Shown here: positions 8,553 through 18,642 of the stretch, piece after piece
Layout of the letters: every line of letters begins with the position of its first letter
Numbering within the stretch: position 1 is the stretch's first letter
NCBI GenBank assembly: GCA_963845065.1
Contig: CAWJQQ010000009.1
Location: 352,001-416,000 of the forward strand
From: Nitrospirota bacterium
GTDB lineage: Bacteria; Nitrospirota; UBA9217
Length of the DNA: 64,000 bases
Direction of reading: 5' to 3'
The notes under the pieces: generated by a model
Database searches by the model: none
Told to the model about the DNA's origin: nothing
Seen by the model: only the letters and a program-made list of their open reading frames with translations
Program-made: the position numbers and the translations under genes

Positions 8553-10541
8553 ATGGAGAAAAAAGAGTTTCTGAAATCAGTTGACCCTGCTGCGCAAGTT
8601 TTGTTGAAGACAGCCGCAGACAAGGGCCTTAAGACGGCGTATGATCGTGCCGAAAAGATGAAGGCATGCCCCATCGGTCACTCGGGCGCCTGTTGCAAGA
8701 TGTGCCATATGGGCCCCTGCCGTCTTACAGGGAAAGAAGAGGAAGCTGAGGGAGTATGCGGCGCAACGCTACCTGTTGTTGCTGCGAGAAATTTTGCCCG
8801 GATGGTAGCAGGCGGTACCGCAGCGCATTCGGACCATGCAAGGGATCTTGCCAATACTCTCCTCGCTGTAGCACGCGGGGAAGCCAAGGATTTTAAAATC
8901 AAGGATGTTCGCAAACTTAACCGAGTGGCTGGAGACCTCGGCATCAATATTGAAGGCAAATCGTTGAATGAGGTAGCCGAAAAAGTTGCGCTCAAGTATC
9001 TTGACCAGTTCGGACAGCAGCAAGGCGAACTCGGATACCTGTCCCGAGCTCCCAAAAAACGGCAGGAAATATGGAAAAAGCTCGGTATAGCACCGCGCGC
9101 TATTGATCGCGAAGTCGTTGAGATGATGCACCGGACAACGATGGGCGTTGATCAGGAGCCGAACAACATCATGCTCGGCGCTATGCGTACAGCACTCTCT
9201 GACGGATGGGGCGGTTCCATGATAGGCACCGACATTGCGGACATTCTCTTCGGCACGCCCAAGCCGACCAAGGCCCGGGCCAGTCTCGACGTATTCAAGA
9301 AGGACTACGTGAACGTTGTGGTCCATGGCCATGAACCATCCTTTGCCGAAATGCTCGTGGTTGCAACGGAAGACCCCGAGATGATAGCCTATGCAAAAAC
9401 CAAGGGCGCTCAGGGACTGAACCTCGTTGGGATGTGCTGCACCGCGAACGAAATCCTCATGCGTCACGGTATCTCCACAGCGGGCGGGTTCCTCCAGCAG
9501 GAACTGGGCATCATCACGGGCATGGTCGAAGCCATGGTCGTGGATGTGCAGTGTATCATGCCGGCCATCTCCCAGCTCGCGAAACATTATCATACCAAGA
9601 TCATCACCACAACGCCCAAGGGCAAGATGATAGACGCGATTCATATTGAATATGATGAGCACCACGGACTGGATATCGCCAAGAAGCTCGTCCGTCTTGC
9701 GGCGGATAATTATCCGAACCGCAAAAAATCAGAAGTCGCTCCCGCGAACGTCAAGGTTGAAGAAGCGATCGCCGGGTTTTCTGACGAGTACATTGAATAC
9801 ATGCAGGGCGGGCAGTACCGGGGCTCCTACCGGCCGCTGAATGACGCCATCATATCTGGCCGTATCCGCGGCGTAGTGGGCCTTGCCGGCTGCAATCACC
9901 CCAGGATCACCCAAGACAGCCTGCACACTTTTCTAGCCCGCGAGTTTATCAAGAGGGACGTGCTCGTGGTCCAAACCGGCTGCTCGGCACACGCTTCTGC
10001 CAAGGCGGGGTATTTAACGCCGGAGAACGCTCTTGAGAACGCTGGCCCCGGTCTCCGTGAAGTCTGTATGGCCATAGGTATACCGCCCATTCTTCATCTG
10101 GGCTCCTGCGTAGACAACTCTCGTATTTTGACGATTGCGTCTAAAATCGCCAATGAAGGCGGTCTCGGCGACGATATCGGCGGTCTCCCGGCTGTAGGCA
10201 TTGCGCCGGAGTGGATGAGCGAAAAGGCCATTGCCATAGGCACCTATTTCGCAGCGTCCGGTGTGCCGATCATCTTTGGAGCCACTTCACCGGTTAGCGG
10301 CAGCAAGGTCATAAAGGACATCATGGAGAACAAGTGGTGGCAGATGGTGACAGCGGGATTCTACTTCGAAGAAGATGGGGCAAAGATCCTGGAACTAGCC
10401 CTCAAGCTCATTGATAGTGCGCGGGATAAACTGAAACTTCGCAAGTACGAACAGGGAGCATTTGGTACCGAGCGCGTGCTCATGGATATGGCGGCGCGCC
10501 GCACCTCGTCTTTCGCCACACCTCATGGTGAAAATGTCTAA
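8553..10541 (+). CDS. cooS: Anaerobic Ni,Fe carbon monoxide dehydrogenase catalytic subunit
   Basis: CPIG..GACCKMCHMGPC..VCGA (D and B clusters); C-cluster ligands in VHGHEP, GMCCT, DVQC, AGCN, TGCS and GSCVD; SEKA lysine. Confidence 0.96.
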   Translation: MEKKEFLKSVDPAAQVLLKTAADKGLKTAYDRAEKMKACPIGHSGACCKMCHMGPCRLTGKEEEAEGVCGATLPVVAARNFARMVAGGTAAHSDHARDLANTLLAVARGEAKDFKIKDVRKLNRVAGDLGINIEGKSLNEVAEKVALKYLDQFGQQQGELGYLSRAPKKRQEIWKKLGIAPRAIDREVVEMMHRTTMGVDQEPNNIMLGAMRTALSDGWGGSMIGTDIADILFGTPKPTKARASLDVFKKDYVNVVVHGHEPSFAEMLVVATEDPEMIAYAKTKGAQGLNLVGMCCTANEILMRHGISTAGGFLQQELGIITGMVEAMVVDVQCIMPAISQLAKHYHTKIITTTPKGKMIDAIHIEYDEHHGLDIAKKLVRLAADNYPNRKKSEVAPANVKVEEAIAGFSDEYIEYMQGGQYRGSYRPLNDAIISGRIRGVVGLAGCNHPRITQDSLHTFLAREFIKRDVLVVQTGCSAHASAKAGYLTPENALENAGPGLREVCMAIGIPPILHLGSCVDNSRILTIASKIANEGGLGDDIGGLPAVGIAPEWMSEKAIAIGTYFAASGVPIIFGATSPVSGSKVIKDIMENKWWQMVTAGFYFEEDGAKILELALKLIDSARDKLKLRKYEQGAFGTERVLMDMAARRTSSFATPHGENV

Positions 10542-10565
10542 GGTTGTTCCTGCACGAACACACAG

Positions 10566-10596
10566 GGAGAGGCTTTCGAGCCTCTCCTTTTTTTTT
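10566..10596 (+). terminator. Rho-independent terminator of cooS
   Basis: GGAGAGGCT-TTCG-AGCCTCTCC followed by T9. Confidence 0.9.
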
Positions 10597-10625
10597 AAGT
10601 TCCACATGCCTGATGGTGCCAAATA

Positions 10626-11010
10626 AATGCTCCCGCAACCAAATATTGGTTGGGGCTTCCAGCAGGGCAGTTCCCTGATAAGGGGACAGCCAGCCACTTG
10701 GAAGATGCAGTGTCACTTGTGACTGTTGCTAGCACTCACAAAACTTGTGGTTAATTGCCTGTTGCATGTATCGTCCCAAGGTACCATCTTGGAATCCATG
10801 TCAAATCACGAATCAGGCATATTGCACAATGGGAATCGGTTTTACGACGCCATCCGAATACTGGTGTCAATGCTATACTGATTGCCAAAGAACTAATTCT
10901 TACTTTAGTAAAATCTTACTGGTCATCAAGTGTTCAGTTGCTGGTAAATAGTAAAGGCATCCAATTCATCCCACAACTGATACGTCGTTTGGCGGGGGTT
11001 TTCTTGGCCA
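10626..11010 (-). mobile_element. Degenerate, internally deleted IS200-like relic with a tnpA 5' remnant
   Basis: Minus strand has a left-end-like GCCAAGAAAACCCCC...GTGGGATGAATTGG, a remnant frame RRKTDSHCAICLIRDLTWIPRW resembling the TnpA N-terminus (SH.VY...YH.VWIPKYR), and a right-end-like hairpin GGAAGCCCCAACCAATATTTGGTTGCGGGAG. Confidence 0.45.
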
Positions 11011-11174
11011 GGCATGACAAACTTCATGTTGCTTTATCATACCGCCTGATTTATAATCTGCCGCAACCAATAGGACAGATGACAGCCAATAGGTGACCGA
11101 TGGGAAAAACGCAAAGTTGTTGACTCCGTCTGAATCCCGGCGGCCCGGCTTCTATATCCTGAGGAGGTCCGATT

Positions 11175-13070
11175 TTGGTAGCAACATATACCGCAAAAGA
11201 TATTACCGTACTCGAAGGGCTTGAGCCAGTCCGTAAACGGCCGGCCATGTACATCGGCTCAACGGATGTGCACGGGTTGCATCACCTCGTCTGGGAGATG
11301 CTCGACAACGCGGTCGATGAGGCTCTGAACGGTTTCTGCACGGCCATTACAGTCAGGATCGAGAAGGATGGCGGAGTGACGGTGACGGACAACGGACGCG
11401 GCATTCCGGTGGACATTCATCCCAAGACCAAGCGACCCGCTATCGAGACGATCCTCTGCACGCTCCACGCAGGCGGTAAATTTGATCATACGGTGTATAA
11501 ATCATCGGGAGGTCTCCACGGCGTCGGCGCGTCAGTCGTGAACGCGCTTTCAGAGGTCTTCATTGCCACGGTCTGGCGAGACGGCTATGAATGGACGCAG
11601 GAGTTTTCACGCGGCAAACCCAAGGGCAATCTCAAGAAGGGAAAACCGACCAAAGCGCATGGGACCCAGATTTATTTCCTGCCCGATTCCGACATCTTCT
11701 CGAAAACTCATTTCAACTACAAGAATATCGTCGATGTGTCCGAAAGCAAGGCGTTCCTGAACAGGGGACTCAAGATCACGATCGAGAACGAGCGCGACAA
11801 GGAAAAGTCGGTCTCGTTCAAGTACGACAACGGCATCCAAGACTACATCAAGCGGATCGTCTCGGGGACCACGGTCGTGAACCCCGAGCCGTTCTACTTC
11901 GAAAAAGAGGATGATTTCAAGATCGAATGCGCGATGCATTGGACCCTTGCCACCGACATGGAGATCCACTCCTACGCCAACTCGATCAACACTTCGGACG
12001 GAGGGACTCACGAGCTGGCGGTCAGGGCAGGGCTCACGAAGGCAGTACGCGCCTATGCGGAGCGCAAGAACCTGATTCCGAAGAACATTAAGGCCATTGC
12101 GCCGGAGGATGTCTACGAGGGCCTCTATGGCATCGTTAGTCTGCTGGTCAAAAACCCCCAGTTTCAGGGCCAGACTAAGGAAAAACTCAACAACCCCGAG
12201 ATATCCTCTCCCATCGAGGCCTCGGTCAAGAACGCTTGCGAGGCCTACTTGCTCGCGAACCCGACTATGTCCGATGCCGTGGTTAAACGCGTGCTTTTGG
12301 CTGCCGAGGCACGTATGGCTTCGCGCGCGGCCAAGGACAGCGTTACCCGGAAGCTTTCATCGCTCAAACTAAACCTGCCGGGCAAGCTCGCCGACTGCTC
12401 GTCGAACAAAGTGGAAGAAACAGAAGTTTTTATTGTGGAAGGAGATTCAGCAGGCGGGTCTGCCAAAATGGCGCGGGACCGAAAGACACAAGCCGTACTG
12501 TCACTCCGTGGTAAAATCCTGAACGTAGAACAGGTCGCGTCCCTCGAAAAGATCCAGACCAATAACGAGATCAAAAACCTGCTCGCCACGCTTGGCTGTG
12601 GTGTGGGGGCTCACTTCGACCTCAGCAAATTACGATACGACCGAGTGATCCTCATGACCGACGCGGATGTGGATGGTGCGCATATCAGCGTGTTGCTCCT
12701 TACCTTCATCTACCGGTATATGCCGGAACTTATCAACCACGGGCATGTTTACCTTGCCATGCCGCCACTCTTTAAGATCGAGGCCGGCAAAGAGGCTTTC
12801 TATGCGATGGATGAGATGGAGAAGGAGAAGATTCTCGCCAAGCTGAACGGGAAAAAGTTTGAGGTTGGACGCTTCAAAGGTCTCGGCGAAATGAATCCCG
12901 AGACACTCAAGGAGACGACCATGAACCCCGATACACGCACACTGATGAAAGTACAGGTCGTGGATCACAAAGCTACCAATGATGTGTTCGAGCGGCTCAT
13001 GGGAAAAGACCCGAAAGCGCGTTTCATCTTCATCAAGGAACGGGCGGAGTTCGCGGAATTGGACATCTGA
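11175..13070 (+). CDS. parE: Type IIA DNA topoisomerase subunit B (ParE/GyrB family, short form)
   Basis: LEPVRKRPAMYIG, EMLDNAVDE, DNGRGIP, GGLHGVG, EGDSAGG, LRGKILN, DADVDG, FKGLGEMN. 631 aa with no large insert. ParE versus GyrB is not certain. Confidence 0.8.
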   Translation: MVATYTAKDITVLEGLEPVRKRPAMYIGSTDVHGLHHLVWEMLDNAVDEALNGFCTAITVRIEKDGGVTVTDNGRGIPVDIHPKTKRPAIETILCTLHAGGKFDHTVYKSSGGLHGVGASVVNALSEVFIATVWRDGYEWTQEFSRGKPKGNLKKGKPTKAHGTQIYFLPDSDIFSKTHFNYKNIVDVSESKAFLNRGLKITIENERDKEKSVSFKYDNGIQDYIKRIVSGTTVVNPEPFYFEKEDDFKIECAMHWTLATDMEIHSYANSINTSDGGTHELAVRAGLTKAVRAYAERKNLIPKNIKAIAPEDVYEGLYGIVSLLVKNPQFQGQTKEKLNNPEISSPIEASVKNACEAYLLANPTMSDAVVKRVLLAAEARMASRAAKDSVTRKLSSLKLNLPGKLADCSSNKVEETEVFIVEGDSAGGSAKMARDRKTQAVLSLRGKILNVEQVASLEKIQTNNEIKNLLATLGCGVGAHFDLSKLRYDRVILMTDADVDGAHISVLLLTFIYRYMPELINHGHVYLAMPPLFKIEAGKEAFYAMDEMEKEKILAKLNGKKFEVGRFKGLGEMNPETLKETTMNPDTRTLMKVQVVDHKATNDVFERLMGKDPKARFIFIKERAEFAELDI

Positions 13071-13312
13071 GCAACGAGGGAGGGAAAGCCGATACGCCGG
13101 ACATCGCTCATCTTCATCAGATCGCGTATCGGCAGGCTTGAGTCTGCAAGATGCCGGTGGGGGGCACAGGATGTCCGCGTCAAGAGAAGTCAGCTCAGCA
13201 CCGGCCCCCTTGCTTCATGCCGTCCTCCCGAGGGAGATCAGTCCGCTACATTTCCCCCAATATCATTCGATAGTATAGAAGCACCGTGAATCGTGGATCG
13301 CTGTGAAAGGGT

Positions 13313-15106
13313 ATGGCCCCTGTGCCTAATAGAATAGCCGTTAAACTCCGCTCATCCATGAGCGTCAAGATTGCCCTCATCGTCAGTTTGCCAGTCTTTG
13401 TCGTCAACTCTTTATTTGCTTTACACAACTATGTTCGCGAACGTGAAACGTTTTTCCAAAACTCTCAAACGCAGCTATCGCGTATCAGCGAGGGTATAAA
13501 AAATCCCGCAAGGACTGCTCTTCAGGGAAAAGATACAGACGCACTCCAGCAGATGATTGATGAGAGAGCCACCAAGCGGGAAATCAAGAGCATCATGCTG
13601 TTGAAAACAAACGGCCAGGTGGCCGCTTGCAACAAAAAGACATGGGTTGGCAAGGAACTTTCAGAATTGTCCCGTGCAGGCATGAGCGAGGGCAACATCG
13701 CCGCGATTCATGAAGCTTTAGGGGGAGGCTATTCCGAATATTATGCTCTGCACGATGAGCAATATTGCCTTGTGATGCCCGTGGGCACGGGCAGGGGAAA
13801 CTCCGGGGCCATATTCATCAGCCTGGACGTCAGACCTGTCAATGCCGAGATCAAAAAACGAGCTCTGGAAAATTTTGGTATCGCCGGTATCGTTTCCATT
13901 TTGATCGGCCTTTCCATATATTTTCTTTTTCATTTTCTTTTTACAAAACGCATCAAGTCTGTTTCCTATGCCGCAGTCAAGCTTGCCACGGGCGACTTGA
14001 CGGTAAGAGCCGATGAGAAGGGGACCGACGAGATAGGCTATCTGGCTACTTCGTTCAATGTGCTTGCGGATGAAATAACGAACTGGAGAACCAATCTTGA
14101 AGAACTCGCAGCAAACCGGATTAAAGATCTCACGACCCTGTTTGATGTGGTGAATACAGTAAGCAAATCACTCGATCTGGACAAGGTGCTGCCGGACGTG
14201 CTTGTTCGGGTTCTCGCTAGCATGGGTGCGGGCAAAGGAGCTATTATCCTGCTCGACCGGGACGGCAAGAAACTCCTGCTCAAGGCGTGTCGCGGTTTAT
14301 CTGAAGAATCACTTAACCACGTCGTTGATAAAGGGCAGGGGTGCGTTGGAGACGTGATCCTTAAGAATAGCCCTATCAGGGTTTCGGGTGGCGACGATGC
14401 GGATTCTGTGCCTGTGACGGGATTAGAGCAGGAGAACATTTGGTCGGCCCTGGTCGTGCCGGTAACGGTTCGAGGTGAAGTGTTAGGCGTGCTTGCCCTT
14501 TATGGCGAAAATAAAGATCAGTTTACTGATGAGGAAGGCGCAGTGCTCGAAACGATCGGAAACCAGGTGGGCGTTGCCGTTGAAAACGCTCGATTGTATG
14601 AAAAGACGCTGGAACTCGCCCAGGTAGACGGTTTGACCGGACTGGCCAACCGGCGCCACTTAATGGAACGGCTGAAGCGGGAAATAGACCGGGCAGAGCG
14701 GTATCACACATCGCTTTCCCTTATCATTCTCGATCTCGATAAGTTCAAGTCGTTCAATGACACCTATGGGCACTTACAAGGGGATGAACTGCTGAAAGCG
14801 TTTTCTTCGATGCTATGCCACCAGATCCGATCAGCGGATATTGCGGGCCGGTACGGAGGGGAAGAATTCTGTGTGGTGTTGCCGAACACATCTGTCAAAG
14901 GTGCGCTTGTCATTGCCGAGCGTATTCGAAATGCGATGGTTGATATCAAAATACCTGTCGGTGATGGCCGGCCCGCCGCAGGTCGGACCGTGAGCATAGG
15001 AGTTGCCGAATTTAAGGGTGACGAGTCCGTGGAAGAAATACTTAATTCTGCCGACTCTGCGCTGTACCGTGCAAAGCAGGACGGCCGAAACAAAGTAAGG
15101 TGTTAA
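13313..15106 (+). CDS. Membrane diguanylate cyclase (periplasmic sensor-HAMP-GAF-GGDEF)
   Basis: Two TM segments, HAMP (DEIGYLATSFN), GAF, DGLTGLANR and GGEEF with an RxxD I-site (RSAD). Confidence 0.92.
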   Translation: MAPVPNRIAVKLRSSMSVKIALIVSLPVFVVNSLFALHNYVRERETFFQNSQTQLSRISEGIKNPARTALQGKDTDALQQMIDERATKREIKSIMLLKTNGQVAACNKKTWVGKELSELSRAGMSEGNIAAIHEALGGGYSEYYALHDEQYCLVMPVGTGRGNSGAIFISLDVRPVNAEIKKRALENFGIAGIVSILIGLSIYFLFHFLFTKRIKSVSYAAVKLATGDLTVRADEKGTDEIGYLATSFNVLADEITNWRTNLEELAANRIKDLTTLFDVVNTVSKSLDLDKVLPDVLVRVLASMGAGKGAIILLDRDGKKLLLKACRGLSEESLNHVVDKGQGCVGDVILKNSPIRVSGGDDADSVPVTGLEQENIWSALVVPVTVRGEVLGVLALYGENKDQFTDEEGAVLETIGNQVGVAVENARLYEKTLELAQVDGLTGLANRRHLMERLKREIDRAERYHTSLSLIILDLDKFKSFNDTYGHLQGDELLKAFSSMLCHQIRSADIAGRYGGEEFCVVLPNTSVKGALVIAERIRNAMVDIKIPVGDGRPAAGRTVSIGVAEFKGDESVEEILNSADSALYRAKQDGRNKVRC

Positions 15107-15234
15107 CACGCCGATGGGTAGGAGACTATCGGGCTGTGTGTAGGAAAAACAAGGCCGGCTACTCACGTACGCAGCAATTCGTTTGGTAGTGTCCCTCCCC
15201 TTGAGGTTTGCTTCGCTCTCGACTGACATTCTGA

Positions 15235-15264
15235 TTGACACTCCTTGAAACTATCTGGTATATT
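15235..15264 (+). promoter_or_regulatory. Sigma70 promoter of the trp operon
   Basis: TTGACA-18 nt-TATATT with TG extension, 30 nt before trpE. Confidence 0.6.
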
Positions 15265-15294
15265 ACATAATCTTCTTATTTTGCAAGGAGTTTT

Positions 15295-16782
15295 ATGTTT
15301 CGGCCTTCCCTCGAAGAGTTTAAGCAAAAGGCAAGAAAAGGTAATCTCATACCGGTGTATCGCGAGATTCTGGCAGATATGGAAACACCGGTATCAGCTT
15401 TTCTGAAGATCGATGACAAGCGACATTCTTTTCTGCTCGAGAGTATGGAGGGTGGGGAAAAGTGGGCGCGGTATTCGTTTCTCGGTAGCCGCCCGTCTGT
15501 AATTGTTAAAAGTTACGGCAGGTCCGTCGAGATCACGAGAGACAGGAAAACATTAAAGCAATCTTTCGAATATGATCCGTTAGAAGTAATAAAAAAAATC
15601 CTCTCGGCATACAAACCGGTACCCGATTCGTCGTTGCCGCGGTTTTTCGGCGGCGCCGTCGGTTTTATGGGATATGATGTCGTTCGGTTCTTCGAGGAAC
15701 TCCCATCCCGCGAAAAAGAAAGTCTGAACCTCCCCGACATTTTTTTCATGATCACCGACACACTCATCATCTTCGACAATGTCACCCAATTGATCAAGGT
15801 CGTTTCGAATGCCCACGTCAAAGGGCAGTCAGCCGAGGCCGCGTATAAAGAAGCGATGAGGAAGGTCAATGCCCTTGTGAAGAAGCTGAAGAGCGGTGTC
15901 AAGAGGCCACTGGTAAAGGTCAAGGGGAAGCCAAAGACAAACGAGCATGAGCTTACTTCGAATTTCACTCAGCCGCAATATGAACAGGCGGTACTCAAGG
16001 CCAAGGAATTTATCAAAGCAGGCGATATATTTCAGGTCGTGCCGTCTCAGCGGTTCGAGACGAAGATTACAATCGAATCTTTCGAGATTTACCGTGCGCT
16101 GCGGCTGATCAACCCTTCTCCCTATATGTATTTTCTGCGCTGTGGTGATGCGACCGTAGTGGGCGCTTCCCCGGAGGTTATGGTCCGGCTCGAAGGGGAG
16201 CGGATCGATCTCAGGCCAATTGCAGGAACGAGAAGACGCGGGGCTTCCGAAGAAGAGGACAAGAACCTCGCCGAGGAACTGCTTGCCGATCCCAAGGAGC
16301 GGGCAGAACATATCATGCTCGTGGACCTTGGCAGGAACGACGTGGGACGAGTGAGCGAGCCGGGCAGCGTTTATGTATCCGAACTCATGGTGATAGAGCG
16401 TTATTCCCACGTGATGCACATCGTATCGAACGTGCGTGGAAGACTGTCCGGCAAACGGGACGCTTATGATGTAATCCGGGCATGTTTTCCAGCCGGTACA
16501 GTCTCGGGCGCGCCCAAGATTAGGGCCATGGAGATCATTGACGAGCTTGAGCCCACGCGCCGGGGTCCCTACGCGGGCGCGGTCGGGTATTTCGGTTTTT
16601 CGGGCAACATGGACACCTGCATCACTATCAGGACACTCGTTATCAAAAAAAACATTGCCTATATACAGGCAGGCGGCGGGGTGGTGGCGGACAGCGACCC
16701 AGCTTCGGAGTATCAGGAGACGGTGAACAAGGCCAAAGCCATGATGCGCGCCGTGGAAATGGCAGAGGTGGGGTTGGATTAA
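15295..16782 (+). CDS. trpE: Anthranilate synthase component I
   Basis: FLLES, NPSPYMY, PIAGTRRRG, EHIMLVDLGRND, PAGTVSGAPK. Confidence 0.97.
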   Translation: MFRPSLEEFKQKARKGNLIPVYREILADMETPVSAFLKIDDKRHSFLLESMEGGEKWARYSFLGSRPSVIVKSYGRSVEITRDRKTLKQSFEYDPLEVIKKILSAYKPVPDSSLPRFFGGAVGFMGYDVVRFFEELPSREKESLNLPDIFFMITDTLIIFDNVTQLIKVVSNAHVKGQSAEAAYKEAMRKVNALVKKLKSGVKRPLVKVKGKPKTNEHELTSNFTQPQYEQAVLKAKEFIKAGDIFQVVPSQRFETKITIESFEIYRALRLINPSPYMYFLRCGDATVVGASPEVMVRLEGERIDLRPIAGTRRRGASEEEDKNLAEELLADPKERAEHIMLVDLGRNDVGRVSEPGSVYVSELMVIERYSHVMHIVSNVRGRLSGKRDAYDVIRACFPAGTVSGAPKIRAMEIIDELEPTRRGPYAGAVGYFGFSGNMDTCITIRTLVIKKNIAYIQAGGGVVADSDPASEYQETVNKAKAMMRAVEMAEVGLD

Positions 16783-16891
16783 CACGGCATGTCTCGAAGT
16801 GGTGTAGGGGGGGCGCAGAGTAAAAGAAATTCAGGATTCATTTCTCTGCTGACTCTGATCGTCCGAGAAAAAAAATTTGTGAGGTCTTTTT

Positions 16892-17455
16892 GTGCTTTTA
16901 ATGATCGACAATTACGATTCCTTCACCTACAACCTGGTCCAGTATCTGGGAGAACTGGGTCAGGACATGAAGATCTACAGGAACGACAAGATTAAGATCC
17001 CCGAGATCGAGAAGATGAATCCCGATCGCATCGTTATCTCACCCGGTCCTTGCACGCCCAAAGAGGCCGGGGTATCCATCGACGTGATCAAATACTTTAC
17101 GGGCAAGATCCCGATCCTCGGGGTCTGCCTCGGGCACCAGGCTATCGGTGATGCTTTCGGCGGGGATGTGATCCGCGCACCCTACCTCATGCACGGCAAG
17201 ACCTCCATGATCTACCATGACGATCAGACTATCTTTTCAGGACTTCCTAACCCCTTCGAGGCGACACGCTACCATTCGCTTATCATCAAGCGCGAGACGC
17301 TTCCATCCGTGCTCGAAATATCTGCCTGGACCGACGACGGTCTCATCATGGGTGTCCGGCACAAACAGTTTAAGCTGGAAGGCGTACAGTTCCATCCCGA
17401 GTCGATCCTGACGAATGTGGGGAAGGATCTTCTCAGGAATTTCTTGAAGCTGTGA
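16892..17455 (+). CDS. trpG: Anthranilate synthase component II
   Basis: [29 protein letters not shown]. Confidence 0.95.
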   Translation: MLLMIDNYDSFTYNLVQYLGELGQDMKIYRNDKIKIPEIEKMNPDRIVISPGPCTPKEAGVSIDVIKYFTGKIPILGVCLGHQAIGDAFGGDVIRAPYLMHGKTSMIYHDDQTIFSGLPNPFEATRYHSLIIKRETLPSVLEISAWTDDGLIMGVRHKQFKLEGVQFHPESILTNVGKDLLRNFLKL

Positions 17456-17542
17456 CTATTCACCATTAAGGTGCGAAATCACTAAGATAGCCGCTGGTCT
17501 TTGAACTAAGTGTAGTATTTTCTTTATGGATGAAGGGTTCTC

Positions 17543-18556
17543 ATGATCAAAGAAGCCATCTTAAAAGTTGTTGCAAAGACCGACCTCACCGAGGCCGAAG
17601 CCGAAGCAGTGATGCGCGAGATCATGCAGGGCGAGGCAACAGACGCACAGATTGCTGCCTACATTACAGCGCTACGGATGAAAGGCGAGACCGTTGAGGA
17701 AATAACAGGTTCTGCCCGGGTCATGCGCGAAAAGGCCGTGCCGATCAAGCTCGACGCGAAATACCAGATCGACACCTGCGGCACGGGCGGTGATATGGCT
17801 CATACGTTCAACATTTCAACAACGGTTGCGTTCGTTGTCGCCGGCGCAGGCGTGACCGTTGCGAAACACGGTAACCGTTCGGTTTCGAGCAAGAGCGGGA
17901 GTGCTGACGTGCTCCAGGCGCTCGGTGTTAATATCGAGATCCCTTCCCATCGTGTAGAAGAATGCTTGAAAGACGTGGGCATCGGCTTCCTGTTCGCGCC
18001 TATGATGCATTTGGCTATGAAATACGCAATAGGCCCGCGGCGCGAGGTTGGTATTCGCACGATCTTCAATGTGCTGGGACCATTAACAAATCCGGCGAAA
18101 GTGACGTCCCAGATCATGGGCGTATATGCGGCAGAGCTCACATCAACCCTTGCCTGGGCCCTCGGCAAACTCGGTGCGCACCACGCCTTCGTAGTGCATG
18201 GTATGGACGGTTTGGACGAAATCACGATCACAGGTAAAACCAAAGTTTCTGAGTTCAGGGATGGGAAAGTGACAGACAGCCTTATCCATCCATCGGATTT
18301 CGGCATTCCCTGCGGTAAAGCAGAAGACCTTAAAGGTGGGGACGCAAAGGAGAACGCCGAAATAATGGTAGATATCCTGAACGGCCGGAAGGGACCTCGC
18401 CGCGACATTGTGCTCTTGAACGCGGCTGTAGGACTATTTGCCTCAGGACAGGCGGTTGACGTCAGCGATGGAATCAAACATGCCGCGAATGCGATCGATT
18501 CGGGTGCGGCTTTCAAGAAACTGAATCAATTGAGGGCGTTTACGAACAAACCTTAG
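17543..18556 (+). CDS. trpD: Anthranilate phosphoribosyltransferase
   Basis: DTCGTGGD, NIST, KHGNRSVSS, GLDE. Confidence 0.97.
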   Translation: MIKEAILKVVAKTDLTEAEAEAVMREIMQGEATDAQIAAYITALRMKGETVEEITGSARVMREKAVPIKLDAKYQIDTCGTGGDMAHTFNISTTVAFVVAGAGVTVAKHGNRSVSSKSGSADVLQALGVNIEIPSHRVEECLKDVGIGFLFAPMMHLAMKYAIGPRREVGIRTIFNVLGPLTNPAKVTSQIMGVYAAELTSTLAWALGKLGAHHAFVVHGMDGLDEITITGKTKVSEFRDGKVTDSLIHPSDFGIPCGKAEDLKGGDAKENAEIMVDILNGRKGPRRDIVLLNAAVGLFASGQAVDVSDGIKHAANAIDSGAAFKKLNQLRAFTNKP

Positions 18557-18642
18557 TACTATGCATACCACGACTACCCAAAGGCACTGAAAAGAAAGTG
18601 TTAGTCTGGTACCCCAGATTCTTTGTGATGAAGCATTCGCAT

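Noticed and set aside
15107..15294. trp attenuator, leader peptide or T-box
   Set aside because: The promoter lies about 30 nt from trpE; no Trp-codon leader or T-box motif was seen.
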